DNA of 64,000 bases. Origin: an uncultured Pseudomonadota bacterium. Lineage in GTDB: Bacteria > Pseudomonadota > Alphaproteobacteria > RF32 > CAG-239. Shown here piece by piece: positions 1-9,691 of the stretch. The position numbers were made by a program, and so were the translations under genes. Each line of letters opens with the position of its first letter. The first letter of the stretch is position 1. The stretch is from NCBI GenBank assembly GCA_949295995.1, contig CASFNK010000015.1, positions 6,473 through 70,472 on the forward strand, in the 5' to 3' direction. The notes under the pieces were generated by a model. It had not been told where the DNA came from. It worked only from the letters and a program-made list of their open reading frames with translations, and did no database searches.

Positions 1-1297
1 CCAACTGCGGGTTATTAACCAACGTATTAACATCATCACCCGTGATATAATAAATGGCTTTTTGCTCCGGCTGAGCTCGGCTGATATATTCATCCAAAGA
101 GGTGAGTTTGTTAATATCATGCGTTGAATAGAAACGAGACAATTCGGCAATCTCGGTTCTATTTGCAAAATCTTCATAAATACCTTCCTTAAAGGCAATA
201 CCGAACGCATCCCAGAATTTTTTATAATCATCATAATCTTGGCTACGATTCTTTAATTCTTTGAGTAAGCGATTAACCGTACCGGCTTTGATTTTGGCAA
301 TCAAAGGTGATTGTTGCAGCATTTCACGCGAAATATTCAACGGCAAATCAGCCGAGTCAATCACACCTCTAACAAAGCGCAAATAAGCCGGCATCAATTC
401 TTCAACTTTATCGGAGATAAACACCTTGTTGACATAAAGTTTCAAGCCGGTTTTTCTATCGGGTTGGAACAAGTCATAAGGCGCGGTTGAAGGAATATAG
501 AGCAAACCAGTATATTCAATATTTCCCTCAGCCTTAAAATGCAACGTCATCCAAGGCTCATCAAAATTTTTAGAAATATGGTGATAAAATTCTTTATATT
601 GCTCTTGAGTGATTTCGGACTTGTGCTTTGCCCACAAAGCCGAACCTGAGTTAACTGTTTCTTCTCCGGCTTCACCTAACTCTAATACGATTGGATAATC
701 AATATGGTCGGAATACGTTCTGATAATCTGACGCAAATAAATCGTATCGGTAAATTCTTTAGCGTCTTCTTTTAAGAACAATTTGATAGCCGTACCATTG
801 GTATCTCTTTTTCCTTCACTGATTTCAAACCCGCCGACGCCGTCCGAAATCCAAACCCAAGCCTTATCTTCACCGGCTTTACGTGTTGTAATTTCAACTT
901 TTTCAGCCACCATAAAGGCTGAATAAAAACCCACGCCGAATTGGCCTATTAAATCAACTGCCGAACCATTATCTTTCACATTTTTCACAAATTCGGCTGT
1001 ACCTGATTTTGCAATCGTCCCCAAATGATTGATAAGGTCGTCTCTGTTCATACCGATACCGTTATCCTCAACCACCAAAGTCCGATTCTTAGCATCGGGA
1101 ATAATCTTAATTTTCATCTGTCCGGAATCTTTGGCGATATCGGGATGTGTCAAAGCCAAATATTTGAGTTTATCGCACGCATCACTGGCGTTAGAAATCA
1201 ATTCCCTCAAAAAGATTTGTCTTTCCGAATACAAAGAATTGACCACAATATCCAACAATTTGCCGACTTCGGCCTGAAAATTCATTTTATCGCTCAT
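1..1297 (-). CDS. htpG: Molecular chaperone HtpG (Hsp90 family), N-terminal ~432 codons; 3' end lies beyond the window edge
   Basis: Minus-strand ATG at 1295-1297 gives MSDKMNFQAEVGKLLDIVVNSLYSERQIFLRELISNASDACDKL...VEDNGIGM (GHKL ATPase motifs). No stop before position 1. The plus-strand ORFs at 1025-1315 in the track are antisense artefacts. Confidence 0.85.
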   Translation of the reverse strand, partial: MSDKMNFQAEVGKLLDIVVNSLYSERQIFLRELISNASDACDKLKYLALTHPDIAKDSGQMKIKIIPDAKNRTLVVEDNGIGMNRDDLINHLGTIAKSGTAEFVKNVKDNGSAVDLIGQFGVGFYSAFMVAEKVEITTRKAGEDKAWVWISDGVGGFEISEGKRDTNGTAIKLFLKEDAKEFTDTIYLRQIIRTYSDHIDYPIVLELGEAGEETVNSGSALWAKHKSEITQEQYKEFYHHISKNFDEPWMTLHFKAEGNIEYTGLLYIPSTAPYDLFQPDRKTGLKLYVNKVFISDKVEELMPAYLRFVRGVIDSADLPLNISREMLQQSPLIAKIKAGTVNRLLKELKNRSQDYDDYKKFWDAFGIAFKEGIYEDFANRTEIAELSRFYSTHDINKLTSLDEYISRAQPEQKAIYYITGDDVNTLVNNPQL

Positions 1298-1397
1298 AAC
1301 TTTTGTCCTTTGTAAAAAATCGTTACTCAATATATGGGAACTCTTGAAGCAAAACGCAAGGGCGAGAGAATAAATCGGCACACAAAAGTTTTTTTAC

Positions 1398-1425
1398 TTG
1401 ATTTTATGACAAATCAGGCTAGATT
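1398..1425 (+). promoter_or_regulatory. Candidate sigma70 promoter for the ferredoxin gene (TTGATT-N16-TAGATT)
   Basis: -35 at 1398-1403 and -10 at 1420-1425, about 40 nt upstream of the ATG at 1465. Confidence 0.3.
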
Positions 1426-1464
1426 AAGCCTTGAACTATTGAACAACAATTAGGAGTTAAATTA

Positions 1465-1704
1465 ATGGTTTCTGTTGTAAATGACTCTTGCGTAAAATGC
1501 AAATCTTGCGTTGAAGTATGCCCGGTTTCAGCTTTCCGCGAAGGTCCGACCCAAATGGTTGTTGATCCGGATACTTGCATTGACTGCGGTGTATGCATCT
1601 CTGAATGCCCGCAAGAAGCAATCTGCAATGATGCCGACGCTGACCCGAAATGGGTTGAATTCAACGCTGAAAAAGCCGCTGAATGGCCGGAAGCAGAAGC
1701 TTAA
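1465..1704 (+). CDS. Ferredoxin with two Cys clusters (FdxA-like, 79 aa)
   Basis: CVKCKSCVEVCP and CIDCGVCISECP motifs. AGGAG lies 8-9 nt upstream of the ATG. Confidence 0.85.
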   Translation: MVSVVNDSCVKCKSCVEVCPVSAFREGPTQMVVDPDTCIDCGVCISECPQEAICNDADADPKWVEFNAEKAAEWPEAEA

Positions 1705-1722
1705 TTCAAGCTTTGAGAATTG

Positions 1723-1754
1723 AAAAAGCCTTTGCGAAAGTAAAGGCTTTTTTT
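1723..1754 (+). terminator. Intrinsic terminator after the ferredoxin gene
   Basis: Stem GCCTTT/AAAGGC followed by T7. Confidence 0.6.
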
Positions 1755-1829
1755 ATGAAATAAGACTTGCAGAAAAAATCAAAGCAAGCTACAAAAGAAT
1801 CAAGTTTAACTTTCAACCAAGAGAAAATA

Positions 1830-2852
1830 ATGAGCAACAAGAGTGATATAATTTATGACGTAACCGGTATCGGCAATGCCATAGTTGACGTTTTGGCCAA
1901 AGTCGGCGACGGCTTTTTAAGCGAACGCAAACTAGAAAAGGGGGGCATGACGTTACTTGACGCCCCAACGGCCGGAGCCATTTATACCGACCTTATTCCG
2001 GAAAGAGAAGTTTCCGGCGGTTCGGCGGCCAATACGGTCGCAGCCATTGCCTCATTAGGAGGCACACCGGCCTTTATCGGAAAAGTTCACGATGATGAAT
2101 TAGGACAAGAATTTCAACGCTCCATCGGTGCTGCCGGCGTTGACTTTTTCACCACGCCCTTATATCAAGGTCCTTCCACCGGACGGAGTATTGTTTTGGT
2201 AACGCCTGATGCCGAACGCTCAATGTTCACCTATCTTGGCGCCGCTCAAAAGCTCTCGGCCGAAGATATTGATGAAAACGTCATCAAGAGCTCCCGCATT
2301 ATTTATCTTGAAGCCTATTTATGGGACAGTGCCTCTGCAAGGGAAGCAATGTTCAAGGCTTGTGAAATTGCGCATAAATACGACCGAATGATTGCATTCA
2401 GCTTGTCTGATAAGAGCTGTATTGAACGCCACCGTGAAGAATTCTGCCAATTTGTTGATAATGAGGTTGATATTTTGTTCGGCAATGAAGAAGAAATCAA
2501 ATCTCTTTACCAAAAGGAAGATTTGATTGAATGTTTGGACATCATCAAAGACAAGGTTGAAATTGCCGCCATCACGCGCAACGCACAAGGTTCGGTTGTT
2601 GTCAATCAACGCATCAAAATTTTCATTGATGCCGAAAAAGTAAACGACGTTGTCGATACGACCGGAGCCGGAGATTTATACGCCGCCGGATTCTTATATG
2701 GTTACACGCAAGGACGCAGCCTTGGCACTTGCGCCATGATTGGGGGCATTGCTGCCGCTGAAATCATCAGGCATTATGGCGCCCGCGCCGAAGTCTCTTT
2801 GCGAGGCTTTGTCCGCAATCAATTAAGAGCCTACGGCAAATCTTTTTCATAA
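1830..2852 (+). CDS. PfkB-family sugar/nucleoside kinase (adenosine kinase-like)
   Basis: GIGNAIVDVL N-terminal motif and C-terminal DTTGAGDLYAAGFLYG (PfkB signature). ATG at 1830 is preferred over the TTG at 1767, which sits inside the upstream terminator T-run. Confidence 0.75.
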   Translation: MSNKSDIIYDVTGIGNAIVDVLAKVGDGFLSERKLEKGGMTLLDAPTAGAIYTDLIPEREVSGGSAANTVAAIASLGGTPAFIGKVHDDELGQEFQRSIGAAGVDFFTTPLYQGPSTGRSIVLVTPDAERSMFTYLGAAQKLSAEDIDENVIKSSRIIYLEAYLWDSASAREAMFKACEIAHKYDRMIAFSLSDKSCIERHREEFCQFVDNEVDILFGNEEEIKSLYQKEDLIECLDIIKDKVEIAAITRNAQGSVVVNQRIKIFIDAEKVNDVVDTTGAGDLYAAGFLYGYTQGRSLGTCAMIGGIAAAEIIRHYGARAEVSLRGFVRNQLRAYGKSFS

Positions 2853-2878
2853 AAAACACCATTTTTTTCAGGATTTTC

Positions 2879-2906
2879 TTGAAAAATAAATTAAACTTGG
2901 TATTGT
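2879..2906 (+). promoter_or_regulatory. Candidate sigma70 promoter for typA (TTGAAA-N16-TATTGT)
   Basis: -35 at 2879-2884 and -10 at 2901-2906. A 7-bp hairpin (2944-2966) lies in the predicted leader. Confidence 0.25.
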
Positions 2907-3011
2907 AAAGCGAATTACAAAACAAGAGTTTAAGGCAAAATTTCCCGTGAGGATAGATTTCACGGGCGTAGAGGTATTTAATCCAATTGCCTGCATACAA
3001 GGAATTCTAAT

Positions 3012-4832
3012 ATGAATATGAGAAACATTGCCATCATTGCCCACGTTGATCACGGCAAAACCACATTGGTCGATGGCCTTTTAAGACAAAGCGGAACCTT
3101 CCGCGACAATCAAAAAGTTGCCGAATGCGTTATGGATAGCAACGACCTCGAAAGAGAAAGAGGCATTACCATTTTATCCAAATGCACATCGGTAAATTGG
3201 CACGGCACCCATATTAATATTGTAGATACACCGGGACACGCGGACTTCGGCGGTGAAGTAGAACGCATTTTATCAATGGTTGACGGTGTTGTCTTATTGG
3301 TCGATTCTTCCGAAGGTCCTATGCCGCAAACCAAATTCGTTTTAGGGAAAGCTCTCAAACTAGGTCTCTGCCCGATTGTTGTCATCAATAAGGCCGACAA
3401 AGCCGACGCTCGTGTTGATGAAGTATTAGACGAGATTTTTGATTTATTCGTCAGCCTCAATGCCAATGACAAACAACTTGACTTCCCTGTTTTGTATGCT
3501 TCCGGACGTAATGGTTGGGCAGTTAAAGATATGGCCGACGAGAAGAAAGACTTAAGCCCTCTTTTCCAACTGATATTAGACTATGTTCCTGAACCGGCTT
3601 GCGATTTGAACGCACCTTTCTCAATGCTTGCCACCACTTTGGAAGCCAACAAATTCATAGGTCGTTTGCTCACCGGAAAAATCCAAACTGGAACCTTGCA
3701 CGTTAACGATACGGTTAAGGTTTTAGATGGCGAAAATAAAGAGTTAGAGCGTGTTCGTATCAGCAAGATTTTGGCCTATCGCGGCTTAGAGCGTGTTGCT
3801 TTGGAAGAAGCTCACGCCGGAGATATCGTCGCCGTTGCCGGTGTAGTTAAAGGCACTGTTGCCGATACCATCTGTGCCATGGAAGTTAACCAAGCCATCA
3901 AAGCGCAACCAATAGACCCACCGACCTTGGCCATGACTTTCTCAATCAACGATTCTCCTTTAGCCGGACGTGAAGGCGACAAAGTTACTTCTCGGATGAT
4001 TTGGGACAGACTATGCAAAGAAGCCGAAGGTAATATTGCGCTCAAAATTTCCCGTACCGATTCTTCAGATTCGTTTGAAGTTGCCGGTCGTGGTGAATTG
4101 CAATTAGGCGTCTTGATTGAGACTATGCGCCGTGAAGGCTTTGAGCTCTCAATTTCTCGTCCTCGCGTTTTGATGAAAAGAGACGAAAACGGACAACTTC
4201 TTGAACCTTTTGAAGAAGTGGTTATTGACGTTGATGAAGAATTTTCCGGCAATGTTGTTGAAAAACTTGGACAACGCAAAGCCGAACTTGTTGAGATGAT
4301 ACCGTCTCAAATAGGCAACAAAGTCAGACTTATTTTCAACGCCCCATCCAGAGGACTAATCGGTTACCACTCGGAATTTTTAACCGACACCCGCGGCACC
4401 GGTATTATGAACCGCATTTTTAAGGATTATGAACCCTACAAAGGCGAGATTGACAGCCGCCGCAACGGAGTTTTGATTTCTTCCGAAAACGGTACAGCCA
4501 TTGCTTATTCTTTGTGGAAATTACAAGACCGCGGTCCAATGTTTATTGATGCCAACGTTCCGGTTTATGTCGGAATGATTATTGGTGAACACACCAAATC
4601 CAATGACTTGGAAGTCAACCCGACCAAAGCCAAACAATTAACCAACATTCGTGCCGCTGGTAAGGATGAAGCAATTGACCTGATTCCGCCACGCAAGCTC
4701 TCACTTGAACAGGCTTTATCTTACATTCAAGAAGATGAGCTTTTGGAAGTTACGCCTAAAACTTTACGTTTGCGTAAAAGAATTTTGGACCCTATTGCCA
4801 GAAAGCGCGCCAAACCGGAAGTTATGGCATAA
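3012..4832 (+). CDS. typA: Translational GTPase TypA/BipA
   Basis: AHVDHGKTTL, DTPGHADFGGEVER and NKADK G-motifs; 606 aa; EF-G-like domain order. Confidence 0.92.
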   Translation: MNMRNIAIIAHVDHGKTTLVDGLLRQSGTFRDNQKVAECVMDSNDLERERGITILSKCTSVNWHGTHINIVDTPGHADFGGEVERILSMVDGVVLLVDSSEGPMPQTKFVLGKALKLGLCPIVVINKADKADARVDEVLDEIFDLFVSLNANDKQLDFPVLYASGRNGWAVKDMADEKKDLSPLFQLILDYVPEPACDLNAPFSMLATTLEANKFIGRLLTGKIQTGTLHVNDTVKVLDGENKELERVRISKILAYRGLERVALEEAHAGDIVAVAGVVKGTVADTICAMEVNQAIKAQPIDPPTLAMTFSINDSPLAGREGDKVTSRMIWDRLCKEAEGNIALKISRTDSSDSFEVAGRGELQLGVLIETMRREGFELSISRPRVLMKRDENGQLLEPFEEVVIDVDEEFSGNVVEKLGQRKAELVEMIPSQIGNKVRLIFNAPSRGLIGYHSEFLTDTRGTGIMNRIFKDYEPYKGEIDSRRNGVLISSENGTAIAYSLWKLQDRGPMFIDANVPVYVGMIIGEHTKSNDLEVNPTKAKQLTNIRAAGKDEAIDLIPPRKLSLEQALSYIQEDELLEVTPKTLRLRKRILDPIARKRAKPEVMA

Positions 4833-4837
4833 AGTAA

Positions 4838-4866
4838 AAACCGGACAGATAAGTCCGGTTTTTTTA
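4838..4866 (+). terminator. Intrinsic terminator after typA
   Basis: AAACCGGAC-loop-GTCCGGTTT followed by a T-run. Confidence 0.75.
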
Positions 4867-4877
4867 TTTTAAACAAC

Positions 4878-4904
4878 AAAAAACCTCCTTAAAAATTAAG
4901 GAGG
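4878..4904 (-). terminator. Intrinsic terminator after the 111-aa gene (minus strand)
   Basis: 9-bp stem CCTCCTTAA/TTAAGGAGG. The plus-strand A6 run gives a U-run on the minus strand. Confidence 0.6.
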
Positions 4905-4948
4905 CTTTTCATGAAATTGCTAAGCGAGAAGTTTTATTTCAAAAAAGA

Positions 4949-5284
4949 TTAACGAGTAATACTCTTTGATGAAATAACATTTCTCCCAATCTCGATATTA
5001 TTAACAAGCTGTCTGGCTTTTTCAGCAGAAACTTTACGATAAGTTCCATCACTTTGTAATTCTAAACCATTATTAGCCAAAACTTTTGCTGACAACATAC
5101 TCTTTGACGCATCAGCCTTATAAGCAACATCGGTTGCCAAGCCTCTATAACCTCTTGACATTAAAATTTGAGCTGCCAATGTATAAGCCGGTTCTGATTC
5201 ACGAGTTGCATTGCGAGCGATACTTTGAACGCCGCCTTTCTTTGCAAACTCTGTGCCTTCCGGCAATTTGTCCATATTAACCAT
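4949..5284 (-). CDS. Hypothetical basic 111-aa protein
   Basis: ORF with AGGAGA 5 nt upstream of the ATG, bracketed by hairpin terminators. No family recognised. Confidence 0.55.
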   Translation of the reverse strand: MVNMDKLPEGTEFAKKGGVQSIARNATRESEPAYTLAAQILMSRGYRGLATDVAYKADASKSMLSAKVLANNGLELQSDGTYRKVSAEKARQLVNNIEIGRNVISSKSITR

Positions 5285-5493
5285 AAAACTTCTCCTAGAT
5301 ATTATTTTTATTATTCTTATCTCTTTTGTCTATTATCGCAATAAAATAATATTTTGTCAACACATAAAGCCAATTTTTTTGTTAAAAATAAGGCAATAAA
5401 ACGCTTTTTCTATTCGTAATTTTAACCTTTATACAATATACTATCTCAAAATCAATAAAATATCCTTAACAAATAACAACTTAAGAGAACAAA

Positions 5494-7089
5494 ATGTCTT
5501 TATTTAAGTCTATCGCCACTTTTGGCGGATTCACGCTTATCAGTCGCATTACCGGATTCTTACGCGACATGGTCTTGGCCAATTTTTTGGGAGCCGGTGC
5601 CATATCCGATGCTTTTTTTGTAGCCTTTAAGCTACCAAACTTATTTAGGAGTTTGTTTGCCGAAGGAGCTTTTACCACCGCATTTGTTCCCATGCTCTCA
5701 CACAAACTGGTAACCGACGGTAAAGAACAAGCCGTTACCTTTGCCTCACAAGCCATTTCGGTATTAGCGGTATTTTTAACCGTTTTTGTAATTATCATGG
5801 AATTTTGTATGCCTTGGGTGGTTGAGATTATGGCACCGGGCTTTAGCTCTGACCCCGAAAAAATGTCTTTATCTATCGAGTTATCGCGCATTACTTTTCC
5901 GTTTTTGCTTTTTATTTCTATTGTATCCTTTCAATCAGGAATTTTGAACTCATTTGGCAAATTTGCCGGTCCGGCGGCCGCTCCGGTTATCTTAAACCTG
6001 ATGATGATAATTTCGGTATTTATATTTGTACCTCTAGGAGAAACCCCCGCCCACGGAATTTCATGGAGTGTTACCATTGCCGGATTAGTTGAAATCTTTT
6101 GGCTGTCTTGGTTTTTGCGTGGCATAGATGTCAAAATAAAGCCACAAACCAACATCATTCAACTGCTTAAAAATTCTGAAATAATCACGTTGTTTAGGCG
6201 TATTGCACCGGGAATTTTAGGAGCCGGAGTATATCAAATTAATATGGTAGTTGACACCATCATTGTATCTCTAGTCGGAACGGGAGCAATTTCTTGGCTT
6301 TACTATGCCAACCGCATTCAACAACTTCCCTTAGGCGTGGTCGGTGCCGCCATCAGCGTTGCCTTACTGCCGATTCTCTCGCACCATCTCAAAGCCGGAG
6401 AGCAAGAGCAAGCTAACCACATGCAAGATAAAGCCGTTGAATACGGCGCATTAATGTCGATTCCAGCCATGGTAGCACTAATTGTTTTAGCCTTCCCGAT
6501 TATTGATATTTTATTCCGCCACGGACGCTTCACCCAAGAGGATTCGATAATGACCGCTCAAGCCGTCATTGCTTACTCAGTAGGTTTACCGTCTTATGTA
6601 ATGGTCAAAGCTCTCGCTCCAAACTTTTTTGCCCGCGGCGACACCAAAACACCGGTCAAATACAGCATAATTGTAATGTTGGCAAATTTGACCTTAAGTA
6701 TTGGCTTAATGATACCTTTCGGACACGTTGGTGTAGCTACCGCTACATCTTTAGCCTCTTTTGTCTCTTTGTATCAATACTTAAGAGGACTTAAGAAAAG
6801 AGGCTATTGGTCTTACTCCAAAGCCCTTAATATAAAAATTCTAAAAATCACATTTTGCTCAATTGTCATGGGTGCGATTCTCTATCTGGCAGAATATGGT
6901 TGCGACCTAATTTTCAATAACTGGCTACAAACCGCTTACGCCATAAAAATACCGCTTTTGGGCGGATTATGCGTTTTGGGTGTTGCAAGTTTCTTGATAA
7001 TGGCTAAACTAACCAAGACATTGGATATTGCAGAAATTCTGAAATTGTTAAAATCAAAAGGAAAGAAAAATGCTCAAAACCAAGCTTAA
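5494..7089 (+). CDS. murJ: Lipid II flippase MurJ (MviN)
   Basis: 531 aa polytopic membrane protein. N-terminus MSLFKSIATFGGFTLISRITGFLRD is typical of MurJ. Confidence 0.9.
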   Translation: MSLFKSIATFGGFTLISRITGFLRDMVLANFLGAGAISDAFFVAFKLPNLFRSLFAEGAFTTAFVPMLSHKLVTDGKEQAVTFASQAISVLAVFLTVFVIIMEFCMPWVVEIMAPGFSSDPEKMSLSIELSRITFPFLLFISIVSFQSGILNSFGKFAGPAAAPVILNLMMIISVFIFVPLGETPAHGISWSVTIAGLVEIFWLSWFLRGIDVKIKPQTNIIQLLKNSEIITLFRRIAPGILGAGVYQINMVVDTIIVSLVGTGAISWLYYANRIQQLPLGVVGAAISVALLPILSHHLKAGEQEQANHMQDKAVEYGALMSIPAMVALIVLAFPIIDILFRHGRFTQEDSIMTAQAVIAYSVGLPSYVMVKALAPNFFARGDTKTPVKYSIIVMLANLTLSIGLMIPFGHVGVATATSLASFVSLYQYLRGLKKRGYWSYSKALNIKILKITFCSIVMGAILYLAEYGCDLIFNNWLQTAYAIKIPLLGGLCVLGVASFLIMAKLTKTLDIAEILKLLKSKGKKNAQNQA

Positions 7090-8110
7090 AGACTGGCTGG
7101 CAAAGACAATAGAAAAAATAAAATCGGCAATTAACATCAAACGCCTGAGTTTTAGCTTTGATGTATTGAGTAACAAAATCTTAAACTTCTTAGCTTCATG
7201 GTGGCATATTCTGACTATTGGTTTAGCACTCATCATCTTTTTATATTATCCTTTGGGCGGATTTTTAGTCAGTAACATTGACCGCACCACCACTTATGAA
7301 ATTGATGAATCGCACCCTGAGCAATCCAGCACGGTTGAAATGATTTCTTTCTTAATCAACCGCGAAGTCAACGAGAAAATTTGGACACCCAACCTCCCAT
7401 TTTTCTATCCTTCTTACTTCTTAGATAATATGCCGAGTTTTCAACTAGGAATGTTTGATGCTTTGAGCAAATTTTCTTCATCTTTTGCCAAAAGAATAGA
7501 TAAGAAAATCACCACCGAAGAAGAACAATCCGACCTTCGAGCCGCCGCTGAACTCTTGCGTTACCCCGGAACGGTTTGGATGTTTTCGGCCGAAAATAAA
7601 TTATTGCTGGCTCCCTCTGCCAATAATCAATACCGGAAAGCCCGCCGCCACCTGATTCACTACAATCAAAATCTAAGCTCAGGCACTGAAACTTTTTACA
7701 AATCTCCATCAGATTTGGCTTATCTTTTAAATAAATCTCGTATCAATCTAGCCAAAAGCACGGCAGCACTCGATACTCAAATCCGTGAAGAAAGCTCTTC
7801 TTGGATAGATACCAAAGCCGACAATGTCTTTTACTATCAACAAGGCAAGGCTTATGCTTACTTTTTGCTTTTCAAAGCTCTTGGCAATGATTACAAAGAA
7901 ATAATTGTCGCCGCTGACCAATACCGCAACTGGATAAGCGTTGTTAAAGCCTTGGAAGAGGCCTCTTCAATTCAACCGCTCATTGTTCGCAACGGAGAAT
8001 TAAGCAGTCTGACAGCCCCCAATCATTTAAGCTATCTTGATATGTATATCAGCAAGGCTCAAAACCTTATGGCGCAAATTGCACAAACCCTAAATAATCT
8101 CAAACAATAG
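7070..8110 (+). CDS. Hypothetical membrane-anchored protein (possibly DUF2333-like)
   Basis: One N-terminal TM helix. AAGGAA RBS. Overlaps the murJ 3' end by 20 nt. Confidence 0.6.
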   Translation: MLKTKLKDWLAKTIEKIKSAINIKRLSFSFDVLSNKILNFLASWWHILTIGLALIIFLYYPLGGFLVSNIDRTTTYEIDESHPEQSSTVEMISFLINREVNEKIWTPNLPFFYPSYFLDNMPSFQLGMFDALSKFSSSFAKRIDKKITTEEEQSDLRAAAELLRYPGTVWMFSAENKLLLAPSANNQYRKARRHLIHYNQNLSSGTETFYKSPSDLAYLLNKSRINLAKSTAALDTQIREESSSWIDTKADNVFYYQQGKAYAYFLLFKALGNDYKEIIVAADQYRNWISVVKALEEASSIQPLIVRNGELSSLTAPNHLSYLDMYISKAQNLMAQIAQTLNNLKQ

Positions 8111-8119
8111 GATTTTAGA

Positions 8120-8668
8120 ATGTTAATTGAAACCCAAACCACACCTGATTCCAATGTTCTCAATTTTTTTCCGCCGGTTCAACTTTTAAAAAGCGGCACG
8201 GCAGAATTTATTGATGCCAAATCTCTACGCAAATCCCCTTTGGCAGAACATATTTTTGATTTAGGCGGCATCAAATCCATATTTATGACCGCGGAAATGA
8301 TATCCGTTACCAAAGAAGAAAACGCCACATGGGAGACACTTAAGCCTGAAATTTTAGCTGAGATAATGGATTATATCTCTCTTGGAGAAGAAGCCATTAT
8401 TTCTGCCGATGAAGAACAAGGTAAAGGCGACGTCATCAACCGCATTATCGGATTAATCAATGCCCGTATTCGTCCGGCAGTTCAACAAGACGGAGGCGAT
8501 ATAGTTTTCAAAAAATTTGAGCAAGGAATAGTTTATGTAGAAATGCGAGGCAACTGCGCCGGCTGTCCTTATGCCATGGTAACATTAAAAGAAGGTGTTG
8601 AAAAAATTCTCAAAACCTACATACCCGAAGTAAAAGAAGTTAAAAATTACGAAGCCCCCCAAGCATGA
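8120..8668 (+). CDS. NifU/Nfu-family Fe-S cluster assembly protein
   Basis: Nfu N-terminal domain plus a C-terminal NifU-like segment with the CxxC pair (GNCAGCPYA). Confidence 0.8.
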   Translation: MLIETQTTPDSNVLNFFPPVQLLKSGTAEFIDAKSLRKSPLAEHIFDLGGIKSIFMTAEMISVTKEENATWETLKPEILAEIMDYISLGEEAIISADEEQGKGDVINRIIGLINARIRPAVQQDGGDIVFKKFEQGIVYVEMRGNCAGCPYAMVTLKEGVEKILKTYIPEVKEVKNYEAPQA

Positions 8669-9615
8669 TAAAATCGATTGCTTACATATTTTTATTTTTT
8701 CTTATAAGCACTTCCATCGGATTTGCAGCAGAGAACAAGGCTAAATACGACTTCAAAGCCGACGGCATTTATGTTGATGAAATCACCACCGTCGAGTTGG
8801 AAGAAATGTACCAGATATATGGTTACAAAGATTATATTTATATGAGGGATTGGATATACCCACCGATATTTTTGAAAAAACTTCCCACTGATTTTAGGGA
8901 GATTAAAGACCCACAAAAACGCAATAAACTTTTCTTACAAATTACAGGACCTTTAGCATTAAAGCTCAAAGAAGAGCTTTTAGAAGAACGCCTGCAAATA
9001 CGATTATTGGAAGACCAATTCAAAACCAAACATAATCTTTCCTCTGAGCAAGAAAAGTTTTTAGAAGAACAAGCAAAGAAATATGACATTTTCACCCGCC
9101 TCAAAGGAGAAAGACGCTACGCTTATATCCTCAAAGAACTTATGCTACGCGTCAACGCAGTTTCACCGTCTTTACTGATGGCTGTTGCGGCAATAGAAAG
9201 CAACTGGGGAACCAACCGCCCTGCCAACGAAGGAAATTCTTTATATCGCGAACTTTTATGGTATTCGGATGAAGAAGGATTAATCCCAGAAGATGAAACC
9301 GAAGACAAAAGCTACAAATACAAAATCTTCCCATCTTTACTGGATTCAATGCGTTCATACGCTCACAAAATCAATAGCAGCGTAAATTACCATCAAGTTC
9401 GATTTTTGCGGCAAGAAATAGAATACCGCGATAAACCCGTATTTGGGCGCACACTGGCTCATGCCATGATATTCGATTCAAATTTACCCAATTTCGCAGG
9501 ACTTTTGGACTATACCATCACCTTTTATGAACTCACGAATTTTGATGAAGCAAGTTTAGGCGACATAGACTGGCTTTTAAATAAAGCCGAAAAAAAGAAA
9601 CGACCAAACATGTAA
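8665..9615 (+). CDS. Secreted Bax/FlgJ-like N-acetylglucosaminidase-domain protein
   Basis: Signal peptide. LLMAVAAIESNWGT glucosaminidase motif. ATGA overlap with the upstream gene. Confidence 0.65.
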   Translation: MIKSIAYIFLFFLISTSIGFAAENKAKYDFKADGIYVDEITTVELEEMYQIYGYKDYIYMRDWIYPPIFLKKLPTDFREIKDPQKRNKLFLQITGPLALKLKEELLEERLQIRLLEDQFKTKHNLSSEQEKFLEEQAKKYDIFTRLKGERRYAYILKELMLRVNAVSPSLLMAVAAIESNWGTNRPANEGNSLYRELLWYSDEEGLIPEDETEDKSYKYKIFPSLLDSMRSYAHKINSSVNYHQVRFLRQEIEYRDKPVFGRTLAHAMIFDSNLPNFAGLLDYTITFYELTNFDEASLGDIDWLLNKAEKKKRPNM

Positions 9616-9691
9616 CAAAACATTAATTGTTCTTTTCAAATAAATTATTATATGATAAAACATAAACGTTTAATAAGACGGATTTGGGACA

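Noticed and set aside
1025-1315. Plus-strand ORFs (96 and 82 aa) in the ORF track
   Set aside because: They are antisense to the clearly recognisable htpG reading frame on the minus strand.
1767-1829. TTG start extending the PfkB kinase by 21 codons
   Set aside because: There is no RBS and the start would lie inside the terminator T-run of the upstream gene. The ATG at 1830 is preferred.
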